DNA of 52,375 nucleotides from an uncultured Candidatus Saccharibacteria bacterium (GCA_964520375.1 CAZFNQ010000002.1:1-52375); one strand, 5' to 3'. Positions 26,274 to 35,271 are shown, counted from the first letter of the stretch. The notes: generated by a model not told the origin, from the sequence alone. A program made the numbers and translations.

Positions 26274-28882
26274 TTACGCTTTTTCCCCTTGTGGCGGCGT
26301 TGGCGTTCAGCCTTACGGGCTTTTTTACGGTTTTTGGCAGATTGGTGCTTTTTAGTAGCAACCGCCTCAGGCCCAGTCTTAAAGTCGCTTTCAGTAAATT
26401 CTTCAGCGTCTATTATTCTATCGGCGTTATCTACAGATTGGCGTGCAGCCCTGGTAAGTTCGGTTTCGGCTGGGCGGTCTAGCTCATCTTCAGCAACCGT
26501 TTCAGCGTGAGACAGAGCCCTAACCACATCGTGGCGTAAGCTGGCTTGCATAGCATCAAAAATAATCTGGCCTTGACGTCTATATTCCACTAGCGGATCA
26601 CGTTGGCCAACGCTAATCCAGTGAATGCCTTCGCGCAAATGATCCATATTCTCAAGATGCTGCATCCACAAATTATCAAGCACTTGAAGATAAATGTCGC
26701 GCTCAATCTTATGCATAATTTCTTGGTCATAGGTTGTATTTTTAGACTCATAAAACTCCAAGGCTTCACTTTCCAGAGCTTTACCAAATTTATCTGCATC
26801 CGAATCAAACAGCCTGTCTAGTGTTGGCTCATCAAACGGAAAAACTTCCTTGACGACATCTTCGTAATCATCACTGGTTAGCATGGGAGAAGTGGCTAGA
26901 TCCTGAGCTTCCTCGCTAATCATTAACTTTACACGCTTGCTGATGTCCGATTGGTTTAATATTTCGCGCCGCATCGCGTAAATGGCCCGGCGGTGGCGGT
27001 TCATAACATCATCGTATTGGACCACGTTTTTACGTTGGTCAAAGTTGTGGCCTTCGACCTTCTTTTGAGCAGCTTCCAGACTACGCGAAATAATACGATT
27101 TTCAATAGGCGTATCAGCATCTACTTTTAGGCGATCCATAATCGAAGCGATACGCTCGCCACCAAAAATTCGCATTAAATCATCTTCCGTGCTAACAAAG
27201 AACTGGGTCACACCTGGATCACCCTGACGTCCGCTACGGCCGCGTAACTGGTTATCAATACGTCGTGATTCGTGTCTCTCACTCCCCAACACAAATAGGC
27301 CGCCGAGTTCCTTTACACCGTCACCCAATATAATGTCAGTACCACGCCCGGCTATATTGGTAGCCAACGTAACCGAGCCTTTTTGCCCCGCGCCAGCAAT
27401 AATCGAGGCTTCGCGCTCATTATTCTTGGCATTAAGGACTTTATATGGCACAGCGGATTTTTTAAGCAAACTAGCCAAGACCTCATTTTTCTCTATTGAG
27501 ACTGTGCCAATTAGTACTGGCTGGCCGCGTTGGTGCAAAGTTTTAATTTCACTAACTATGGCACCGAACTTAGCGTCTTCAGTCTTATAGATCCTATCCG
27601 GCCTATCAGTACGAATCAATTTACGATTAGACGGTATCTCGACAGTGTCCAGTTTGTAGATTTCATGAAACTCTTCGCTCTCAGTCATGGCCGTACCGGT
27701 CATACCCGATAGCTTTTCGTATAAGCGGAAATAGTTTTGGAAAGAAATTGTGGCCAAGGTCATAGATTCTTCCTGTACCTCCACGCCTTCTTTGGCTTCT
27801 ATGGCCTGGTGCAGTCCTTCATTATAGCGTCGGCCTTTTAGTAGCCGTCCAGTAAACTCATCTACTATTACAATTTCACCATCAGCTGTGACTACATAAT
27901 CCTTATCTCGCTTAAATAATGCCTGGGCACGTAAGGCCTGTTCCAAGTGGTAAATCGTGCGGATATTATCAGTTCCATATAGTCCTTGGATACCTAAAAT
28001 CTTTTCTACATGTTCTACGCCGTCATCTGTTAAAATTACAGATTTACGCTTCTCATCGACTTCGTAATCAGTGTCTACTTTTAGCTGTCTAGCCACTTTA
28101 GTAAATTGAGCATAGGCACTGCCGCTAGTCACAGCCGGGGCACTAATAATTAAAGGCGTACGGGCCTCATCAATTAATATTGAGTCAACTTCATCTACAA
28201 TCGCAAAGTGCAGATCGCGCTGACGAAGCTGATCTAATTCACGGACCATGTTGTCACGCAAATAATCAAAACCAAATTCGTTGTTAGTGCCATAAGTAAC
28301 GTCAGCCGCGTAAGCTTCCTGGCGAGTGCCGCCTTTTAAGTGTCTAAAACGTTCATCATCATGATCGCGGTTTGTGTAGTTGGGGTCATATAAATATGAC
28401 TCGTCGGCAATAATTACGCCCGTAGACAGTCCCAAAAAGTTATAAATTTGACCCATCCAGCCGGCATCACGTTGGGCCAGATAATCGTTAACTGTTACAA
28501 CGTGAACGCCTTTTTCGGTTAAGGCGTTCAAGTAAACTGCCAGGGTGGCAACTAAGGTTTTGCCCTCACCCGTCTTCATTTCCCCCACATTACCCTCATG
28601 CAAAACCATGCCGCCGATTAATTGCACATCAAAGTGACGTTGACCCAAAGATCGCTGAGCAGCTTCACGGACCACAGCAAAAGCATCGGGCAAAATTTTA
28701 TCCAGGCTTTCTTTTTTAAGACGATCCTTTAATATCTTAGTTTGCTCGCGCAATTTTGCATCACTTAGTTTTTTATATTTCGGCTCAAGCCTGTTGATTT
28801 CATTCACCCGCTTTTTAAGCCGTTTAATTGTTTTGTGCTGAGGATCGCCCAACACACGTTTTAATATCTTCTTCACTGCCAT
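26270..28882 (-). CDS. secA: Preprotein translocase ATPase SecA
   Basis: MKTGEGKTLVA (Walker A), DEVDSILIDEARTPLIIS and TNIAGRGTDI. 870 aa. The C-terminus is a poly-basic tail with no CxCx8C(H/C) zinc motif. Confidence 0.97.
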   Translation of the reverse strand: MAVKKILKRVLGDPQHKTIKRLKKRVNEINRLEPKYKKLSDAKLREQTKILKDRLKKESLDKILPDAFAVVREAAQRSLGQRHFDVQLIGGMVLHEGNVGEMKTGEGKTLVATLAVYLNALTEKGVHVVTVNDYLAQRDAGWMGQIYNFLGLSTGVIIADESYLYDPNYTNRDHDDERFRHLKGGTRQEAYAADVTYGTNNEFGFDYLRDNMVRELDQLRQRDLHFAIVDEVDSILIDEARTPLIISAPAVTSGSAYAQFTKVARQLKVDTDYEVDEKRKSVILTDDGVEHVEKILGIQGLYGTDNIRTIYHLEQALRAQALFKRDKDYVVTADGEIVIVDEFTGRLLKGRRYNEGLHQAIEAKEGVEVQEESMTLATISFQNYFRLYEKLSGMTGTAMTESEEFHEIYKLDTVEIPSNRKLIRTDRPDRIYKTEDAKFGAIVSEIKTLHQRGQPVLIGTVSIEKNEVLASLLKKSAVPYKVLNAKNNEREASIIAGAGQKGSVTLATNIAGRGTDIILGDGVKELGGLFVLGSERHESRRIDNQLRGRSGRQGDPGVTQFFVSTEDDLMRIFGGERIASIMDRLKVDADTPIENRIISRSLEAAQKKVEGHNFDQRKNVVQYDDVMNRHRRAIYAMRREILNQSDISKRVKLMISEEAQDLATSPMLTSDDYEDVVKEVFPFDEPTLDRLFDSDADKFGKALESEALEFYESKNTTYDQEIMHKIERDIYLQVLDNLWMQHLENMDHLREGIHWISVGQRDPLVEYRRQGQIIFDAMQASLRHDVVRALSHAETVAEDELDRPAETELTRAARQSVDNADRIIDAEEFTESDFKTGPEAVATKKHQSAKNRKKARKAERQRRHKGKKRK

Positions 28883-29075
28883 AAAAACTTATATCTCCCT
28901 CGGTTTGTATGTAGGACACACATTTCAGAATATCAGGATATATTGTAGCTTATTTTGCCTCGACCGTCTGCCAAGATTTATCTATTTATGCCTCACCACG
29001 GGCAATTTGCAGTGCAAGGCCAATATATGTTTCTAGCTTAAGCCTCCAAACTAGCAAGCATAAGCGGTACTGTAT

Positions 29076-29441
29076 CTAAACGCTGCGGCGGCGTAATACT
29101 CGGGCTAATACGCGGCGGTGGATACGTGATTTAGAGTGGGTTTCTTTATACTTTCTTAGCTGGTTTTTAAGTTTTTGTTCCACGATATCCACTGCGGCAT
29201 ACATATTTACCGTTGTCTCCTGAGTAGTAAGTGTAGCTTGTGGCAGGAATAGAATAACTTCACAAGTAGCTTGTTTTCTGGCTTTAATGCTAGTTTCTTT
29301 AAGTTTGACCTCTGCATGAGCAGACTGGCGCACATGGCGGTTCATATACTGATCTAATCTGCCGATCTTTTTAACCACATATTTGCGCAAATCATCGTCT
29401 ATTTTGGCATGTACGCCGCTGATTTCTAATTTTTGAATCAT
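29076..29441 (-). CDS. hpf: Ribosome hibernation promoting factor / RaiA family protein (short form)
   Basis: 121 aa. The pattern LEISGVHAKIDDDLRKYVVKKIGRLDQY...AVDIVEQKLKNQLRKYKE is typical of the sigma-54 modulation protein/S30EA family. Confidence 0.8.
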   Translation of the reverse strand: MIQKLEISGVHAKIDDDLRKYVVKKIGRLDQYMNRHVRQSAHAEVKLKETSIKARKQATCEVILFLPQATLTTQETTVNMYAAVDIVEQKLKNQLRKYKETHSKSRIHRRVLARVLRRRSV

Positions 29442-29459
29442 GTTTGTTCCCTATATTTA

Positions 29460-30713
29460 CTATACAATGTAATCTTTGCCATTTATGTATGGTTTTAGAG
29501 CATCTGGCAAAAGCACTTTGCCGTCGGCCTGCTGGTTGTTCTCAATCAACGCTATATAGATGCGACTAAAAGCGGCGGCCGTAGCGTTAAGCGTATGCAC
29601 GAAATTTATTTTACCGTCCATGTCTCGATAACGGATATTTAAACGTCGAGCTTGATAATCTGTAACGTTTGAACAACTCATTAGTTCACGGTAAGTTTTA
29701 TCGATTGGGCTATAATACTCGATATCAAATTTTTTGTATGCCGGCGCACCTAAATCGCCAGATGCAATGCGAACCAGCCTATAAGGTATGCTCAGGATTT
29801 GGCAAATTTCTTCCTCTATAGCAATAAGTTTCTGGTGCCATTGCTCACTATCTTGGGGCTGACAAAATACATATAGCTCTAACTTATTAAACTGATGCAC
29901 ACGGAATAGACCTTTACTGTGCTTGCCGTAAGCACCGGCTTCACGGCGATAGGATGGGCTGATACCAGCGTACAATTTAGGCGCTTGGTTTATATCTATA
30001 ATTTCATCTGCATGATATCCAGTCAGTGGTATTTCTGCAGTCGCTATTAAATGTAAATCTTCATCTGCTACTTTATAAATTTGTTGCTCCTCACCTTTTG
30101 CCAAAAAACCGGTACCGTCTATCGTTTTTGTATTTACCAAATGCGGTACGCTCATTAATGTAAACCCGTGTTTTAGTGCAGTTTGCAGACCAAGCTGAAA
30201 AACAGCCTGTTCGAGTTCTACCAAAGCTCCCAAAGTGAAATAAAACTTGTTACCAGCTACTTTGGCACCGCGTTCGAAATCCAGCAAGCCACGTTCCTGG
30301 GCCCAAGTTAAATGGTCTTTTACATCAAAACCTTTAGATTCAGAGCTACCCCATTTTTTTACTTCTTGATTGGCAGATTCGTCTCCAATTGGCGTATCAT
30401 CTGGGAAGGTGTTAGGCACAGACTTGAGTAACACCTGAAAGTCTGTTTCTACTTGTTCGAGTTGTTTATCTAGCTCATTTAACTGTTGCTTGGATTCTTT
30501 AAGTCTAGTACGTTGCTCTTCGCTCGGTGGTTGGGCTTTAAATTCCTCGGATGCTTTATTTAGGTTAGCCCTTAGTTCATCTGTTCTTTGAATAAATTCC
30601 CGCCGTCTGTTATCCAGATCTAAAAGATGATTTATATCTATATCGTAACCTTTTTGTTTGGATTTTTCGGCCACTCGTTGGCTATTGTCCCGGATAAACT
30701 GAATATCTAACAT
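29460..30713 (-). CDS. serS: Serine--tRNA ligase
   Basis: MLDIQFIRDN start, an N-terminal coiled-coil arm, and class II motifs (FRVHQFNKLE, TLNATAAA). 417 aa. Confidence 0.95.
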   Translation of the reverse strand: MLDIQFIRDNSQRVAEKSKQKGYDIDINHLLDLDNRRREFIQRTDELRANLNKASEEFKAQPPSEEQRTRLKESKQQLNELDKQLEQVETDFQVLLKSVPNTFPDDTPIGDESANQEVKKWGSSESKGFDVKDHLTWAQERGLLDFERGAKVAGNKFYFTLGALVELEQAVFQLGLQTALKHGFTLMSVPHLVNTKTIDGTGFLAKGEEQQIYKVADEDLHLIATAEIPLTGYHADEIIDINQAPKLYAGISPSYRREAGAYGKHSKGLFRVHQFNKLELYVFCQPQDSEQWHQKLIAIEEEICQILSIPYRLVRIASGDLGAPAYKKFDIEYYSPIDKTYRELMSCSNVTDYQARRLNIRYRDMDGKINFVHTLNATAAAFSRIYIALIENNQQADGKVLLPDALKPYINGKDYIV

Positions 30714-30720
30714 GGCTACA

Positions 30721-31527
30721 TTATACCTTTTTCTTTTTTCCCTTTTGCTTAGTTTGTAAATCTCTAAGCGTTAGCTCGGTGCGGGCTTTAGCATACGCAC
30801 AATAATCACATTCACCACCCATTGCGGCTGTACCTACAGCCGGCATATCGCCTTCCATACAAGCTTTCATTTTAATAATTGTGGGCTCCACCCAGCTGTC
30901 GTCTCCCTTATAAGGAATAACTTTGGTACGAAACTCTACCTTGTCAAAAAATCCATCCAAATCTAGCCTACCATTGGTATACACGAAATAGGCCATGTCG
31001 CTTACGTCCAAGCCATTTCGGCGCAGTAACCATTGGTAAATCTCCATTTGGCGCTTGTAACTTATTTGCCAGTCGGCGTCCAGAGTAATCTCCGCCGCCT
31101 TGGCGGTCGCTTTATAATCCACAACACTGACTTGCCCATTGGCATCGACCCAAATATCATCAATCGCCCCAAAGATATGCAGGTTAGTCGCTTCATGCAA
31201 GGCAGCCACGCCTGTAAAGTTATGTCGCCATTTATCCAGATCATCATGCTGAAACGGCACGGCATTGATTTGGTTGTCGGTCATTAGAGGATGCGGTTCA
31301 CCTTTGGCGCGGTAAACATCAAACTCTTTTTTTAAAAGTTCGTCTATTGCTTTGTTTATTTGAAACGGTGGGCTGCTGGGGCGTTTAATTTTAAGTCGTA
31401 CGTCGAGCCAAAAGCAACGGGGGCACTGTGTAAACAGTTCAATTTTACTGCGGGAAAGCTTAAACGGCGCCGTTTGCCCAGGTTGGTACGGTTTATTACG
31501 CTCTGTCCAATAATTATTTGCCCCCAT
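30721..31527 (-). CDS. PD-(D/E)XK nuclease, Cas4/AddB-like, with four flanking Cys (probable Fe-S cluster)
   Basis: N-terminal CPRC, GAIDDIW (motif II Asp), VVDYK (motif III D/E-x-K), QMEIYQ (QxxxY) and C-terminal CDYC. Confidence 0.75.
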   Translation of the reverse strand: MGANNYWTERNKPYQPGQTAPFKLSRSKIELFTQCPRCFWLDVRLKIKRPSSPPFQINKAIDELLKKEFDVYRAKGEPHPLMTDNQINAVPFQHDDLDKWRHNFTGVAALHEATNLHIFGAIDDIWVDANGQVSVVDYKATAKAAEITLDADWQISYKRQMEIYQWLLRRNGLDVSDMAYFVYTNGRLDLDGFFDKVEFRTKVIPYKGDDSWVEPTIIKMKACMEGDMPAVGTAAMGGECDYCAYAKARTELTLRDLQTKQKGKKKKV

Positions 31528-31535
31528 ATTAAGGA

Positions 31536-32150
31536 CTATTGTAACAGTTCTAGTAGTTGCGAAGGTTTGGAAACTAAGTAGTCTGGTTTGTGAGCCTTTA
31601 AGATCTTATCGGCGTTGTAACCCCAGTTTACAGCGATAGACACTATTTTGGCTTTTTTAGCCGCATCAATGTCCCTAGTTTCATCACCAATAGCATAGGT
31701 CTCTTTGGCTGACAGTTTGTATCTTCTAATTATGTGTTTAAGCGCCGTGGTTTTACCAAACAAGCCAGTGTTGCCGTGAATACCATCAAAATACTGATTT
31801 ATACCCTGACTTTTTAAAAACTTGCGGATATTTTGAGGACTATTGCTGCTCATCACAAACAGTTTATGACCCCGACTGTGTAGCTGGTCTAAAACCTGCG
31901 GTATACCATCAAATACCGACACTTCGGTTAGACGCTTGCCAAATTGAGTCCTAGCTTGCACGAGCAAGCTAGGTACGCGCCAAAGTGGTATACCAACGGT
32001 GCGTATAACATCTTTGAGCGTCATATTACGCAAACGTTGTACTTTATCTGGTGGGAATGGCTCGATTTTTGCCCAGCCATAAAATAAGTCCATGGCCAGT
32101 GGTAGCGAATCGGCAATAGTACCATCAAAATCAAAAATTATATTAGCCAT
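31536..32150 (-). CDS. HAD-superfamily hydrolase (phosphoglycolate phosphatase/PpaX-like)
   Basis: Motif I IIFDFDGTIADS, motif II VMSSNS and motif IV GDETRDID. It starts 3 nt after the heliorhodopsin stop. Confidence 0.85.
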   Translation of the reverse strand: MANIIFDFDGTIADSLPLAMDLFYGWAKIEPFPPDKVQRLRNMTLKDVIRTVGIPLWRVPSLLVQARTQFGKRLTEVSVFDGIPQVLDQLHSRGHKLFVMSSNSPQNIRKFLKSQGINQYFDGIHGNTGLFGKTTALKHIIRRYKLSAKETYAIGDETRDIDAAKKAKIVSIAVNWGYNADKILKAHKPDYLVSKPSQLLELLQ

Positions 32151-32153
32151 CTA

Positions 32154-32954
32154 TTAACGAAGTATGCCAAAAAAGATTTGCCAGGCCAACGCAGTTTTGA
32201 CCACAAAACTGATTATCATATAAATTTGCTCACCGTAAAGGTAATTGGCCCACTTGCCCTTTGCCCTAAACACTAGCCAAATATTAGCTGCCATGAACAG
32301 AGTAAGCACAAAAATAGATACATCAAGCCAATATACATAGTGAGGCAAGCCATTGCCATATAACAGAGCTCCTTTTATATAGGCGGCTACAACCAGCCAC
32401 ACTGCGCCGCCAGCGGTAATAAGACCTAAAAAGCTATGCCGCTGGACACGTCTAGTTGCTGTATTGATCTCCCCTAAGAAAGCCAGCAAGTTTAGCAATA
32501 CGACCAGAACAAAAATAGTTAAGATTGTTGAAACGTCATATATGCCATTAAGCATTGCTATAGCAATAAGCATGATGCCGCTACTAAGAGCGTAATTAAT
32601 CCACCGCAATTGGTTAAAACCCTGTTTTAAGTCTTTTTCATAGCGTTTACGCAGGTTTGTGGTTAAAAGAAAATGAACCAGCGCTGAAATCAGTAAGAAT
32701 GCTGCAACCAAATATGCCAGCCTGATATCAAATGCATGCCTAACAGCCAGCGCCATAACATTGTGACCAGCAGCCTGTGAGGCAAGTGTATCCGGAGCTA
32801 AATAATGTGTCACAACCGGCAGACTTACAGACTTACTAAAAATAAGTATGGCTACAGCTTGCAGGCCAAATAGCACCGCTAGCCCAATATTCCATTTGTA
32901 AAGGCTTTCAAAGTTGATACTTTTACTCCGTGATTTTGTCTTTTTTGCAGCCAT
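32154..32954 (-). CDS. Heliorhodopsin family 7-TM retinal protein (counterion-position variant)
   Basis: Collinear by eye with the reference heliorhodopsin 48C12. LRWINYALSSGIMLIAIA aligns with FRWVEYSLSSSVMIVLIA, and KGKWANYLYGEQIYMIISFVVKTALAWQIF with KGKWSNYLRGERAYIVLSLVAKSALAWQIF. SALVHF carries the H80 equivalent. The Schiff-base Lys is kept (K253, aaa at 32196-32198). The N-terminus is basic. Confidence 0.85.
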   Translation of the reverse strand: MAAKKTKSRSKSINFESLYKWNIGLAVLFGLQAVAILIFSKSVSLPVVTHYLAPDTLASQAAGHNVMALAVRHAFDIRLAYLVAAFLLISALVHFLLTTNLRKRYEKDLKQGFNQLRWINYALSSGIMLIAIAMLNGIYDVSTILTIFVLVVLLNLLAFLGEINTATRRVQRHSFLGLITAGGAVWLVVAAYIKGALLYGNGLPHYVYWLDVSIFVLTLFMAANIWLVFRAKGKWANYLYGEQIYMIISFVVKTALAWQIFFGILR

Positions 32955-32979
32955 GCGATAACTATATCATAGCCTGGGT

Positions 32980-33228
32980 TTATTGGCCTTTTTTATCAAG
33001 TTTAATTTTTTGAATAGCTAATATTGCCCATGTTGTGGCAATAGCCAAAGCAGTTAATGCCGAAAACCAGAGTCTTAAAGTTAGTAAACAGAAAGCAATG
33101 ACGCCAACTAAAATAATGTTCATGACACTTGTTGATGAAGCCGGTTTATCGTTACTTTTTATGCTGGGAACCATGGCGATAATAAAACATAACTGAGCGA
33201 CCGAGATAACTATGTCTTGCCAACGCAT
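32980..33228 (-). CDS. Small 3-TM membrane protein, weakly PQ-loop/SemiSWEET-like
   Basis: 82 aa with three hydrophobic helices. AMVPSIKSNDKPASSTS loosely resembles the PQ-loop motif (lPQi.k...k...S), but Gln is replaced. The function call is speculative. Confidence 0.4.
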   Translation of the reverse strand: MRWQDIVISVAQLCFIIAMVPSIKSNDKPASSTSVMNIILVGVIAFCLLTLRLWFSALTALAIATTWAILAIQKIKLDKKGQ

Positions 33229-33247
33229 TTAAGTCAGTATAGCAAAT

Positions 33248-33736
33248 TTATTTTACTGGGGCGTACGGTATGTGGCACATGCCTCTACCGGTTTTTTCTG
33301 TATATTTTTGGTGGTATTCCTCAGCTTTATAAAACTCAGCTGCTGGTACAATTTGGGTGACGATTAGCTTATCAAAACTGGGTTGTAATTCTTTTTTGAC
33401 CTTATCTGCCAATATTTTTTGCTGGTTATCATAATAGAAAATTGCCGAGCGGTAACTATCACCGACATCAGGGCCTTGGCGATTTAATTGAGTTGGGTCA
33501 TGCATTCTAAAAAATTGTTTTAGCAGGGTCTCATAGCTAACTTTAGTTGGGTCAAACTCAATTAATACTACCTCGGCGTGCCCAGTTGTATGCGTGCAAA
33601 CTTCCTCATAACTCGGATTTTTAGTGTGGCCACCACTATAACCAACAGTGGTTTTAATAACTCCTGGTACTTGGTCAAAATAATACTGCACTCCCCAAAA
33701 ACATCCAGCCGCAAATAGTGCTTTTTCACTTTTCAT
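33248..33736 (-). CDS. msrA: Peptide-methionine (S)-S-oxide reductase MsrA
   Basis: Catalytic GCFWG motif (FAAGCFWGVQYYF) and YHQ near the C-terminus. 162 aa. Confidence 0.95.
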   Translation of the reverse strand: MKSEKALFAAGCFWGVQYYFDQVPGVIKTTVGYSGGHTKNPSYEEVCTHTTGHAEVVLIEFDPTKVSYETLLKQFFRMHDPTQLNRQGPDVGDSYRSAIFYYDNQQKILADKVKKELQPSFDKLIVTQIVPAAEFYKAEEYHQKYTEKTGRGMCHIPYAPVK

Positions 33737-33738
33737 AA

Positions 33739-35271
33739 TTAATACTCCAAGCGTAAACGTTTAATAAGCCAATCTCTGGGAAGTGTGCTCAAGAACCAAC
33801 CAGCGCGCGGTCCAGAATCTTTGCCAATTAATGCACGGTAGAGCGTTTGGAATAGATCTTTGGGTTCCATGCCGGTACTATCCTTAAAGTCATAAATTGC
33901 CTTGTGAAACCATGCCCCGTCGGCATTCTCAGGAGCCCGTTCTATTTTATCTGCTAATTGGTATAGAAATTGCTTTTGTGCGTCTGTAAACTTGCCGGCA
34001 TCTACTGTTTTGGCCAGTTCAAATTTAACATCCTCAGGTGCCCAGTTTTTAAGCCATTGATCGATGTACTTCAGTTCGTCTATTAGGACCTGCGTGTCTT
34101 GTTCTATCCCATAGCCCTTGTCTGCCGCCCTTTTGATAATATCGATTGTCTTTTCGGGATCTTTGAGCGCCGCCTGATAGCTAGCTACAAGATGCGAAAA
34201 AGGCACCCGGCTGATAGTGAGATTAAGCTCTGCGCAGCAAATTTCTATTAACTGCTCCTCCTCTTTGGATTTTTCCTTCTTACTAAGCAGTTCGGCAAAT
34301 TCATCAATTAACTGCGATACACCGTTAACCGGGTCAAAGTACAATCTTTTAGAGGGCGCACTACGTAACATGAAATAACGCACTATTTCCGGCGGTAAAA
34401 CCTTCACAACACCCTCAGCATCAAGGCCAGTACCTTTGCTAGCACTCATCTTTTTGGTATCACCTGTCATATTTACAAAGTCGTATGGAACTGGTAGGGG
34501 TGGCTTAGCTGCAAAAACATCCCTAACCATGGCTGCGCCCGTATCAAAACTGCCACCCTTAGTAGCATGATCGCGTCCAAAAGGTTCAACATTCACATTC
34601 AACAGCCACCACCGGGCCGGCCAGTCAATTCGCCAATCCAGTTTTACTTCGCCTCGAGTGTAGCCAATAGTTCTCTGTTGCCCGTCTTTATCTTTGTAAG
34701 CAATAGTTTTGGCAACTGTGTCGATACTTACAAAACGACGTTTTTTGAGATAGCCGTCTTCATTTATTTGTACTGGTGACCATTCATCGCCGAGCTTATG
34801 TCCTGAAATATTTTCCAATATGCCACGTACGGTGCTTGCGTTTTTGAGAGCCTTCTCAATTGCCTGTATAAAAAACCCTGATCTATATTTATCGTGCGCT
34901 AATATAAATTCGACATCTATACCCAACGTTTTGCTTGGTAGAATAAGTCCCTGCAGGAAATAATCAGCATACGATTTAGTGGGGTCATTTGGTGATGGAA
35001 TGTCACAAAGTGACCTACCTAAATATTTTTCATATTCTGAAGGTACGTTTATCGGAATTTTTCGCAGTGCATCCAGGTCATCTATGAAGGCAACGTGGCG
35101 GGCTTGCCGTCCTCGGTGTTTAAGCTCTAAGCGGATGGCATCAGAGGTTATAAGTTCACGCAAATGCCCTAAATGGTAGGTGCCTGAGGGTGAACTGCCC
35201 GATTCTATTAGTATTTCACCACTGGGAAAGTGAGCTATAATCTCATCAACAATACTATTGAGCCACTGCAT
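33739..35271 (-). CDS. lysK: Lysine--tRNA ligase, class I
   Basis: Class I Rossmann signatures HLGH (SPSGTYHLGHLRE) and KMSASKG (KMSKS), with a class I LysRS layout. 510 aa. Confidence 0.9.
   Translation of the reverse strand: MQWLNSIVDEIIAHFPSGEILIESGSSPSGTYHLGHLRELITSDAIRLELKHRGRQARHVAFIDDLDALRKIPINVPSEYEKYLGRSLCDIPSPNDPTKSYADYFLQGLILPSKTLGIDVEFILAHDKYRSGFFIQAIEKALKNASTVRGILENISGHKLGDEWSPVQINEDGYLKKRRFVSIDTVAKTIAYKDKDGQQRTIGYTRGEVKLDWRIDWPARWWLLNVNVEPFGRDHATKGGSFDTGAAMVRDVFAAKPPLPVPYDFVNMTGDTKKMSASKGTGLDAEGVVKVLPPEIVRYFMLRSAPSKRLYFDPVNGVSQLIDEFAELLSKKEKSKEEEQLIEICCAELNLTISRVPFSHLVASYQAALKDPEKTIDIIKRAADKGYGIEQDTQVLIDELKYIDQWLKNWAPEDVKFELAKTVDAGKFTDAQKQFLYQLADKIERAPENADGAWFHKAIYDFKDSTGMEPKDLFQTLYRALIGKDSGPRAGWFLSTLPRDWLIKRLRLEY

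Noticed and set aside
26115-26510. Plus-strand 131-aa ORF, and similar antisense ORFs (43165-43581, 41487-41789, 39234-39527, 40254-40550, 51167-51469, 51985-52326 and others)
   Set aside because: They lie entirely antisense to strongly supported genes (secA/M16, prmC, rpmE, frr, tsf/rpsB, the phosphoesterase gene and the repeat protein gene). Their low-complexity or Ser/Leu/Arg-rich translations are typical of shadow ORFs.
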